DNA of 64,000 nt from Rhynchopus sp. YZ270_cl-10 (Eukaryota), in NCBI GenBank assembly GCA_964035575.1, contig OZ037844.1, positions 496,001-560,000 of the forward strand, read 5' to 3'. Under the pieces are notes generated by a model. That model did no database searches and had not been told where the DNA came from. It was given only the letters and a program-made list of their open reading frames with translations. A program made the translations under genes and the position numbers. Of this stretch, positions 1 to 9,605 are shown in pieces (position 1 is the first letter of the stretch; each line of letters starts with the position of its first letter).

Positions 1-3000
1 GGCTATATACCCTTTTGTCCCCCGAACCCCTGCCATGGTTGGCGCCATGGTTGCGGTAACAGTTGAAGTGTCCTTGCTTATATCAAAATCACCGAGACGC
101 GCCCCGCCGTCACTCCCTATGAATACATTTTCTGGTTTAATATCGCAGTGGACTATACCGTTTTGGTGGATACACGTTAACGCTAATGAGACATCGTGAA
201 GGTATCTGGTGGTCCCTTCGGGACCGTTTTTTGTGATATGCGCTGCAAGGTCGCCGCCAGAGTAGTAGGGCATTTCCATATACCAGAAGCTGTCGCGGAA
301 GACGCAGGTTACTTCGGTGATGCAGGGGTGGTTGAGGCGTTGGAGGGCTCGAGCCTCGCGGAGGAGACGGGTGGTGCCGTCCTGCTCGGAGGAGCTGAAC
401 TGCTTGAGGACAACCATCGCTCCATCGGCCCGTCGCGCACGGCATACGGCATGGCGTCCCTTCGCTAGGACCTCTAGGTCGCTGTACTCTTTGAGTTGTC
501 TATGCCGCACCAGCCCACCCCACAGCCGCAGCTCTTCGTCAATCGCAAGCTCTGGGTAGTATTTTATGCATGCTTCTGCGACCTTCTGTTCGTGTCCCTC
601 CAATTCCCGTTGTGTCTTCCCAAAGTGGCGTCGCGCGGTTTTTAGTGCTTCTTGCAAATCGAAAAGGTGGGAATCATCTTTCTTTCGTTGTGCCCGCTTT
701 AATGCGGTAGTGGCGTCTTCCAGTCGGTCTTCTGCAGTGGAAACCTCGCTGGCAAGAGAATGCAGGGTTTGCATAAGACCCTCTTTAGCAGGTCGTGCTG
801 CGCCGTCTTCGAGAACCCTCAGTAATGTCTTTTCACTTCCCGCAGCGCTTCGAAGCAGGCTGAGCTGTGTACAGACAAACCCGCCTACCTGCCGAGACAC
901 CTCTGATAGATGCTCCTGAAGCGCAGTGTGGGTGCGGTGCACGGCAGCTTCGCTTGCAATTAGATCAGAGCATAGTGCTTCCAACCCCTCTTTGTTTGCA
1001 GATAAGACGGACCTCGAGAAGCGAAGATACTCCACAGCTGCGGCATCTGCCTCTGCCTGAAGGATCTCTGCTGTGTCGCGGAGTGTGGCCAATGGTGTGT
1101 TGCATTCGAAAGTAGTGTGTTCTGCTGGTTCAAATGGTAGGAGTTGTGACAGTCTTCCCGGCACAATGTTGTGCACAAAGTGTAGAGCACGTTCCGCTGC
1201 AGCAAGGTGTGCAATGTGTGCAGCATCGCGGGCTTCCATGCGTGCAGTGCAGCTCCTGTGTGTCCTCGCCTCCGTCATGGCTGCTGTCAACACCGCTCTT
1301 GCAGATGACACTTCGTCCAGGACGTTGCACTCATTGTCTGCATCTACCAGGTCAAGGAGAGCCCCTACCTTGCCTTGGGATTCTCGAATCTGAAGGACCT
1401 TGTGCAACACCGAGATGACGTCGTTGCTTGCCAAGGATGCCTCCGTCTGGGAGCAAGCGGTGGTGTGTGCGGGAAGGTGATTGGCGGTTTGTGGTGGGGG
1501 TGTGTTGGTGTTGTGGTTGTTGGTCTGTGGCTCGCTGTGGGCGCCGGTGTGGTATTGCTCGAGGAGGGTTGCGATGTTGCTGTTTCGGACGAACTGTGCT
1601 GGGGATTCTCCTGTATGTGTTTTTTTTTGTAGTTTTGAAAATCGCAAAATAAGTTATCCGATTGAAGCCAAGAATCCCCCACCTTGACGACTAAAAAACT
1701 GGACATTGAACAATGTGGGCCGAACGGTAATTGACATTAAGGGTCGAAGCCAAATGTGTGAAGCCTCGTAGGATGGAGCATACCCTTTTTGTTCTGTGCA
1801 TAGAGGTCCGCACCTAAGTCCAAGAGAGTCTTCACTGCGTGGGGCTGCTTGTGTATGCATGCTATGTGCAGGGCTGTGCAACCTGTAGTGCATTGGGAAA
1901 AGGGTTGAAATCGCATTGTTTTGTGCCTAAAAATATCACAATCATGTGCAAATCGTCACCACCCCTTTATTCGATTGCATTCTCTGACGGAGTCGGGCCA
2001 CACACACACATTGTGCACATACCATTGGTGGCCTGTATGTCGACGTGGAGACCCCACGCCAGCACCTTCTCAATAATCTCAGTCATCCCCTTCCATGCGG
2101 CCCAGTGCAACACCGTACTGCCTTGGTCCGTTCTGCCGACAGGAAGTGCACCACGTTCAAGGAGGAACAACGCCAGAGCCTCGCTCTGAAAGCAAACAGC
2201 AGTCATGAGGACGGAAACACCTGTGAAGGAAGATACAAAAAAAAAAAAAAGAAATTGAAGTTATTCTGTATGCGAATGGTAGTTATTGATGCGGGCATCT
2301 CCGACTGGCGTATGCCAGCCCCGGATGAAATCACAAAGAAAAAGGCTTTTGCAAAGACGCAAAGAATGTTCTGAATTAAGAAAAGTGAAGTTGATAGTGC
2401 AAACGCCTCGGGGACGCAGGCACTGACACTCCACGGGTTATCGAACCCCCGGAGTGTTGCGCTTGGGAGTAACGATAAACGAATGCACACATCTTTCCAT
2501 AAAAAACAATTTTTTCAACTAAAAAGAAAGGTACCTACATACCATCTTTGTCTGCTGCGTTGATGTCCCCTCCAGAGTCAATGATTTTCTCGATGATAAC
2601 AAGGTTACCTACTTCTACTGCGGCCATCAAAGGTGTTCGGCCTGACGGGGGGATTAGAAAAAGGTGGTAAAAACGGAAAATGGTTGGTTCTCTCTGTATT
2701 GCTTTTGGCTTTTGCTTTTCTTTTTTTTTCCCGAAAAAAGGCGAAGAGGTGTTATGGGGTCAGTCCACCACCACACCCTTCGTCTATTGAAAGAAGGAAA
2801 GAAAGATTGATTTGAAATACTATTTTCATCATATGCAATCAATAAATTGATAGTATATGGTGAGGGATCAACAAAAATGGTCCCATCTTTCTTTTTATGT
2901 TGTGTGTTTTGCAAAACGTAGAAAAGAAAAGTAAAATGCTTCGTGCACAAGTTGAAACTTCAGTAGATTGGTTTCTGATATTAACCCTGTTTCAGTCCTA

Positions 3001-4306
3001 AGAATCATACAGTTGTATTCAAAAGGGTGGACATCTTCAGTGATTTCCCTTTAAATGGTGGGTGAATATCGTGAAACCGATGTTCGTGTGAACATTTGGT
3101 ACCTTCTACTTCAGTTTTTTGTTTCGGGAATACACAAAATACAAAAGTTTTTTTTTCTTTTTTCTTATTCCTTTCTCTGTCCTTACTGGATGTAATGTCT
3201 GATCACCAGGAGGAAGAGTAACCTAAAGAGTCTTGGTCTTGATGGCTGCCGTGTATACGTAAAGTATTCCGTGCAATAATTGCTACCAATCCAAACAAAT
3301 ACCAACACATCCTGTATGTGTATCAGATAGAAAACCTCAGCAAACACACAAGAAAGAGAAATAAAATAAAAGTAAAAAATAGAAAAGTGAAAAACATACT
3401 GAATTTTCTGGACTTAGTAGTTCGCCGTCCAAGCAATGATTAAAACCAGTTAAATCATCCATTGTCCATTGTATTGAAACACCTACACAAAGACTAGAGT
3501 AGTACAAAGAGATAGCAAAACGTGCATTGCAAACAATTTAATATGTGTCCTGGAGTCTTAGTCTCAAGGCTATTGTCCCTTAAAAAATGGGAAAGCTAAG
3601 ATGCCCACCAAGACCAAATCGCTCCTGCGAGAAAAATACTCATCACTAGTGACATAGTACGCGTTGAGTACAACCATATAAACTGCGTCGTGGACATTAC
3701 CATTGGTAAACCACGACCAAATTACTACTGCGATATACCTATTATCTTCGTTCTTTTTTTTTTCCAAAGTTTTGCGGTTTTTGTAGTAGGCCTACAGACT
3801 GCACAGCTTACCCAGGGTGTGGCAATGTAATACATTGGTCTGACGTCTCACTGAAAGGGTCAAGTACGAGGTCTAGTCCCTTCCAGTGGTGAAAAAGAGT
3901 TTTTTTTTCTTTTTATTTGGTTTGTTGAAAAAAAGTAAAAATAAAAGTGGTGTTTGTTTGTGGGAATTCTTTGAAATAGGACCTTTATCTAGATTCATTG
4001 GCTTCATGAAATACAAAAAGCCTTCTCGACAGTCTGTTGATGCACCCTGTGGAAATTTTTCTGTCACCTCCGGCTTCATCCCTTGAACAGAAGCGAGACC
4101 AAAGGATCGTTAGGCCATGCTTTCACACCGGGGTGGACCAAATTCGCGTGTCATCTGGAAAAAAAAAAATTCCCCCTCGCAATACCTGTGTCGTCCTGTT
4201 TATTGATCTGGATGGATTTTATTGCTGCAGCTACCTTCGCCTCTTGTTGCTGCAGGATGCAGTCCAGGAATTCTGCATGCCTTTTCTTCTTCGATGACAA
4301 GAACAT
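1..4306 (-). CDS. Ankyrin-repeat + coiled-coil + Ser/Thr protein kinase; 5 exons (4306-4186, 2641-2543, 2220-2023, 1882-1784, 1610-<1), 3' end outside window
   Basis: Manual splicing at GT(ATG/ATT)...CAG sites gives one continuous frame: MFLSSKKKRHAEF...INKQDDTG/RTPLMAAVEVGN...DKDG/VSVLMTAV...ATNG/CTALHIACIHK...NKKG/ESPAQF. The last exon is open from 1610 to base 1 and encodes a helical region, then VVLKQF, LLREARALQRLNHPCI, HCDIKPEN, LGDFDIS, GTKGYIA. Linkage of exon 1 is less certain than that of the rest. Confidence 0.88.
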
Positions 4307-4405
4307 GGTGCATAGGTGCCTTTGGATGAGGGGTGGTGTGGTGTGGTGGGGGTTGATGCATAGTCAGGGGTAATTTCTGGCGCAGAATATGGACCTTAAG
4401 TATTT

Positions 4406-4472
4406 TCCGGGGGAATTGAACCCCGGTCTGCCGGGCGAGAGACGGCTGTTCTAACCACAAAACTACAACGGT
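4406..4472 (-). pseudogene. tRNA-Glu(CTC)-like pseudogene or tRNA-derived fragment
   Basis: Reverse complement ACCGTTGTAGTTTTGTGGTTAGAACAGCCGTCTCTCGCCCGGCAGACCGGGGTTCAATTCCCCCGGA has A-box/D-arm, anticodon loop CT-CTC-GC and T-loop GTTCAATTC. The 3' acceptor strand lacks about 4 nt and the anticodon stem has a T-C mismatch. Confidence 0.7.
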
Positions 4473-5296
4473 GGGAAACTCTCTTCAGGATAAAATAATA
4501 TAGACAAAACGTTCTCCCTTGAAGCTTTGAATATCCGAAGCTGAATCCTGCGTCAAGAAAGTGGTGATCTGGACGCTTTGTTTCCGTAAGATTTTTTTTT
4601 TTTTTTTTTGCAACATTCGCATTTTGCAGGACTGCCCCCGAGAATAGAAGAGAGTCTCTCGACATCATTGCCCCCTTTGGTATGGGTAATGTTGCGCATT
4701 GAGGGCGAGACCGGAGGACGAAATAAACACCAAGAAAATCTACTTTAAAAAAACAGAGTTTGGGTGTTGTCCACGACGGGCAGTGTGGAGTGGTGTGTCG
4801 AGGAGGGTTTTTGTACTTGAATCGGGGGAGGGGATCATTTTTTTTATAATAGCATGGGGTGACCCCACTTCCACTGTTAAACAAAAATAAAACACAAAAA
4901 AAAAGGTGTAAATTTTACCCCCTTCCTCACCCCCCTCGGTTTTTGGGAACAAAAACGTTAAAAACCCCTTTTGAACAGCCAAGTGTACGACCTTCCCTAA
5001 ACCCCCTTCAAGGATCTTACACTGTACCTTTTTTTTTCTTCAAAAAAAAAAATACCACTTTTTAGCAAACAACAACAGGCCACTTCACCCCCCCTCAATC
5101 ACTTTATCAAATACACCTAATAAAGGCACATTTTGGACTCACAAATGTATTTTTCATCATATGCAATCAATAAAGTGAGATATGATCACAAATGGAGTTC
5201 TCTCAAAGGTTAGAATGTTAAGAGCACTTGCCGCCTCCGATGAGCGTGGTAGATGAGATCCTGAACGAGTTCTTTTTTTTTTTTTTCACAGAACCT

Positions 5297-6025
5297 CTAC
5301 GCCTTTGCCTGCGACCCTAGGAAGGTCTGAAGCTGCGCACTGAGCTGGTGGTTTGCCTTGCGGAGGAACGAGACGTCTTCCTCATGTTTCTTTGCGGTTT
5401 CGCGGCGCTGTTCGGCCTCTTGCTGGTGGATGGCGTCGCACTTTGCGCGGAGCTCGTTGTTATTGCGCTCTAGGTCATCTGTCTTGCGCTCGAGGAGTCG
5501 GATCTTTGCTTGCATATCGGCTTTGCCTTGCTCAGCTTGGAGGGCTTTGCGCATGCCGAATGCGATTGAGGATTCATACAACGTCTGGTATGCTGAGACA
5601 GACATCCGAGACTCATCACGTACCCGGAGGAGGAGAAGACCCCGCTCTGCGCATGATACCGTGACCTGACGGATCAGCTCGTCGAAGCATTGTGAGTAGA
5701 GCTGTTCGCGGATCGGGCACACCCCGGTCTCTCTGGCCTGGCGGTGTTGCAGCTGCATGTCCAGTTGTTCTTGGAGGTTGATGACGTCCAGGCGTGTCGC
5801 AGGCGTGCTGCTCGCGTACTGCACCCAGACCTGGTTCCCGTCCTCCCACTCCCGTGGAGGGAGGATTGTGTTTAAAATGTCGTCCGTCTGCGTCGAGGAG
5901 CGTTCCACTGGAGGGAGGCGGCCCCGCACCACACCGCCACGCTTCTTGCTTTCGCGGATCTCAGCGAGCAGAACGGGGTTGTCGTACTTGACTAGGGAAG
6001 GGCCGGGGCCGGAGATGTGCGGCAT
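5297..6025 (-). CDS. DNALI1: Axonemal inner-arm dynein light intermediate chain p28
   Basis: 242-aa intronless ORF with family-typical motifs SLVKYDNPVL, ILNTILPPREW, VQYASSTPATRLDVINLQEQLD, ARETGVCPIREQLYSQCFDELIRQVT, ERGLLLLRVRDE, YQTLYESSIAFGMRKALQAEQGK. Confidence 0.96.
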   Translation of the reverse strand: MPHISGPGPSLVKYDNPVLLAEIRESKKRGGVVRGRLPPVERSSTQTDDILNTILPPREWEDGNQVWVQYASSTPATRLDVINLQEQLDMQLQHRQARETGVCPIREQLYSQCFDELIRQVTVSCAERGLLLLRVRDESRMSVSAYQTLYESSIAFGMRKALQAEQGKADMQAKIRLLERKTDDLERNNNELRAKCDAIHQQEAEQRRETAKKHEEDVSFLRKANHQLSAQLQTFLGSQAKA

Positions 6026-6801
6026 CTTGACGGAGGCGAGAGGGAGGGAGAGAGAGAGAGAGAGAGAGGGTGTGTGGTGTGTGTGGTGTATGGGTGGGAA
6101 AATGTTCTGTTGGGGTGTATGAGCTCAGGGTATGGTTTATATCCAAAAAAAGGGCTTGTATTGAAATACAGAGTACTTTCGTGACAGTGTACCAAAATTA
6201 TTACGCCTCCACTCGACGTTTGGATAAAGAAAACTAGAGATGAAAGAGGGTTTGGGGGAAGAGTTTAATTCTTGAACGCACACTCAGTCACACGAAAGAT
6301 CAAAAAAAAAGGGGGGGATAGTATTGTAGTCAATAGTAGGAGGTACGGAGAGAAAGAGAGAGGCTTCAACAGATGTGGAGAGATAACCAAGGTCTAAAAA
6401 GAGCATCAGTACACAGCGGCAGACAAGAGGCTGTGCTGTCACATTCTTCCGCGCAAAGAGGTGCGACTTAGTCTTCATCGCCACAGTTGCAACCTGCCAC
6501 AGCTTCCCATCCACGCCAAGTATGGACGCAGATGCGAGGCCAAAAAAAGGGGGGTTTGGGAGGGGAGGTACGTTGTAATGAAGACACGGGTTTTTGGGGA
6601 TTCTTTGGGATTATTTTTGGCACAGAGTAAAATAACACAATGTGTGGAACGTCTCAGCACAGCTCTCCTTCTCGCACCAAGTAGTAGTATGTGCCATGGT
6701 CAGCAAGACTGTGCCCTTCTTCTCCGAACCAGAGGGCGCAAGCAGACATACTGCCAGAGACCCTCCACCTCGGGGAGATGCTGTGCCAACACACCAGGTC
6801 G

Positions 6802-8145
6802 TCATTGTGCGTGTCTCTGTCGCTTCTGGCTTTGCTGGGGGGATTCGTCTCTGCTTCGTTTCGGACGTGCTTCAACCACAAGCTTCCTCAGGTCGCCGTT
6901 CCTCACTTTGTCGGACACAACACTGCTGCAACCCGAAAGGTAAATGCTCTTCAACGAATAAAGTTCCGTATCTCCAAAACCGCGACCAATGTGCGTCACA
7001 TTGCTGAGTGGTGACAAATCGAGGTTCGTTAAGCTGTTGCACCCGTTAATAAATCCCTCACCAACCTGCGTCACATTGCTGAGTGGCGACAAATCCAGGG
7101 TAGTTAAGTTTCTGCAGTGCGCAAGGAAGTTCTCACCAACCTGCGTCACATTGTTGAGCGACGACAAATCCAGGGTCGTTAAAGTGCTGCTGCACAGGAA
7201 GCCCTCACCAACCTGCGTCACATTGCTGAGTGGAGATAAATCGAGGGTGGTTAAGCTCCGGCAGCCGTCAAGAAAGTTGTGACCAATCTGCGTCACGTTG
7301 CGCAGTGGAGATAAATCGACGTTGGTTAAACTCCCACAGCTCGCAAGAAATTTGCAACCAACCTGCGTCACATTGCTGAGTGGTTGCAAATCCAGGGTCG
7401 TTAAGCTGCTGCAGTACCACAGGAAGCCCTCACCAACCTGCGTCACATTGCTGAGTGGAGATAAATCGAGGGTCGTTAAGCTGCTGCAGCCGTCAAGAAA
7501 GTTGCGATCAATCTGCGTCACGTTGCGCAGTGGAGATAAATCGACGTTGGTTAAACTCCAACAGCTCGCAAGAAAGTTGCAGCCAACCTGCAGCACATTG
7601 CTGAGTGGTTGCAAATCCAAAGCTGTTAAGTTGCAGCAGTACGACAGGAAGCCCTCACCAACCTGCGTCACATTGCTCAACCCAGAGAGGTCGATGCTTG
7701 TCAACGAGGCGCACCGATTCAGGAACATATCGCCAATGTGAGTCACAACGGACTCAGCACTGAGATCAAGTCTCGTCAACGAAGTGCGTGCCAAGAAGTT
7801 ATTCGGGATAACAGTCGCAACCTCCGCCTGCAGAAGCAAACACGCCACCTCAGGATCGATCACACGGCATAGCCTCTCGACTGTCACGTCTGTCTCACCC
7901 AACGCATGAAGTTTTGCAAGGGCTGCGTACTTCTGCGTCTTCGTCAAAATAATTGTATCACCAGCACTCAGCTGCGTCATGTCCGCTCCTGCTCCCATCG
8001 CTTCGCCTCCAAAACTCATGCAAAAGCCGTCTTCAGGCAACCCCATTGCAGACGCCACCTTCCGCCGCAAGCCCTCCACTGTGTCATCTGCATCCACCTC
8101 GATTGTGTGCTGATTCGTGTCGAAGCCCTTGATGTTCAGGTCCAT
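6802..8145 (-). CDS. Ubiquitin-like domain + ~11 x 25-aa BspA/TpLRR-like leucine-rich repeats + basic NLS-like tail (447 aa)
   Basis: Probable start ATG at 8145 (MDLNIKGFDTNQHTIEVDADDTVEGLRRKV...LSAGDTIIL, ubiquitin-fold pattern). The ORF-track extension upstream is low-complexity. Repeats LTTLDLSPLSNVTQVGxxFLxxCxS; ends RPKRSRDESPQQSQKRQRHAQ. Confidence 0.88.
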   Translation of the reverse strand: MDLNIKGFDTNQHTIEVDADDTVEGLRRKVASAMGLPEDGFCMSFGGEAMGAGADMTQLSAGDTIILTKTQKYAALAKLHALGETDVTVERLCRVIDPEVACLLLQAEVATVIPNNFLARTSLTRLDLSAESVVTHIGDMFLNRCASLTSIDLSGLSNVTQVGEGFLSYCCNLTALDLQPLSNVLQVGCNFLASCWSLTNVDLSPLRNVTQIDRNFLDGCSSLTTLDLSPLSNVTQVGEGFLWYCSSLTTLDLQPLSNVTQVGCKFLASCGSLTNVDLSPLRNVTQIGHNFLDGCRSLTTLDLSPLSNVTQVGEGFLCSSTLTTLDLSSLNNVTQVGENFLAHCRNLTTLDLSPLSNVTQVGEGFINGCNSLTNLDLSPLSNVTHIGRGFGDTELYSLKSIYLSGCSSVVSDKVRNGDLRKLVVEARPKRSRDESPQQSQKRQRHAQ

Positions 8146-8737
8146 GTTGGTGTGGTTTGTGTTCTGATTTCTGTGTGTGGTAGTGGGGTGTGGAGGACAA
8201 CAAGCCTGCAGTCCCATTTTCACGTAGTGTAGACACCCGAGGACTATTTGTTGGATGCTGGGAGGGTTGTTTACGTTGAAAAGAATTGAGGGAAGGGGCA
8301 GCGACGTTTTGTGTTGTGCAAGACATGCATCATTGATTTGGAGCGCTTGCGTTTTCAAACCGCAAGAACCTACGTTGGTTGTCTCGTCTCCCAGGTGGGG
8401 AGCACGGAGCGAAGGAAAACTAAAAAAACAACAACTGGTGTTACAAATAAAAAGGGGTGAGAGCAGGTATCGTATTGACTGACTCACCTACGATGCTAGC
8501 CCATGAAAGCGCAAAGTGTTACAAAAACAAAAACAAAAAACAAAAAAAAAAAAACAAAAAAGGAATCGAAACGAGAATATAATGTCTTAACTTGTCTTAG
8601 GGGTGGCATCAAAACAAAAAACGCGGACAATGTCCGCGTTTTTGGGGGGGGAGGGGGGGGGTCTGAAATTCCAGAAAACGCGGACATTTTGGGGTTTTTT
8701 TTTCCTCGAAAATTTTTTTCTTCACTGGGGTTGTACA

Positions 8738-9400
8738 CGATTTTGACCAAAATTTATAAAAACTCGTCCATTTCGGCAAATTGACCCCACCACAGAACCG
8801 GCGGATTCAGGAAATGCAAATGCCGGTGTTTTCGGGCAAAATAAAAAATACAAGATGCCCGCGTTTTTTTGCAAAATGTACACGAATGGGGGGCCCTTAA
8901 ACCCCTGCTACCATGTGCTTCTACAGGCAAACACTTGGACCCCTTTACCTTACACTGACGGGTTTTGACCAAAATCAAGAACTTGTCCATTTTGGCAAAT
9001 TGACCCCACCACAGAACGGACGGATTCCGGAAATGCAAATGCCGGTGTTTTTGCACATTTTCATGGTTTCAGCATCAGAGAGAGAAAATCTGGGTTGTGG
9101 GATTTACCTTGGCCCCTTTACCTCACACTCATTTTGACCAAAACCAAGAACTTGGCCATTTCGGCAAATTGACCCCACCACAGCGCGGACAGATCCCGGA
9201 AATGCCAATCGCGGCATGTTTTGGGGCTGAAAAATTTTCACCTGAAAATTTTTTTCAGCAGCATTTTTTGGCCGAAAATGGGCCCCACGTATTAGTGACC
9301 GGGCTCATATTTTCAAAAATTTAAGTGGTCAAAAAATTGTCCAATTTTCGAGATTGACCCCACCACTTTCTGGACGGATTCCGGAAATGCCAAAAAACTG
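8738..9400. repeat. Degenerate tandem repeat (~170-220-bp spacing, 4 copies) with core AATTGACCCCACCAC
   Basis: TTTTGACCAAAA...TCCATTT(C/T)GGCAAATTGACCCCACCACAG...GGAAATGC recurs at ~8740, ~8963 and ~9132, with a related copy at ~9330-9390. Confidence 0.75.
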
Positions 9401-9524
9401 TGTTTTGGGTCACGAATTTGCACCCCGTCACCCAAAAACCAGCAAAAAATAGGGGAAAAAAAAACAAAAAATGTCCGCGTTTTGGGGGGGAGGGGGCAGT
9501 GATGCAGGAATCCAGGGTCCCAAA

Positions 9525-9605
9525 CAAAAAAACCCAAAAAACCCAAAAAAACCAAAAAAACCCAAAAAAACCCAAAAAAACCCAAAAAAACCTTAAAAAA
9601 ACCCA
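9525..9605. repeat. (AAAAAACCC)n minisatellite; a related tract lies at ~10655-10760
   Basis: Directly visible run of acccaaaaaa units. Confidence 0.85.

Noticed and set aside
6989..7741. CRISPR-like or tandem non-coding repeat appearance; + strand repeat ORFs
   Set aside because: The 75-nt periodicity is explained by LRR codons on the - strand; there are no unique spacers and no cas genes.
9525..9605. Interstitial telomere
   Set aside because: The unit is A6-7C3, not TTAGGG-type, and it lies within a TIR element.
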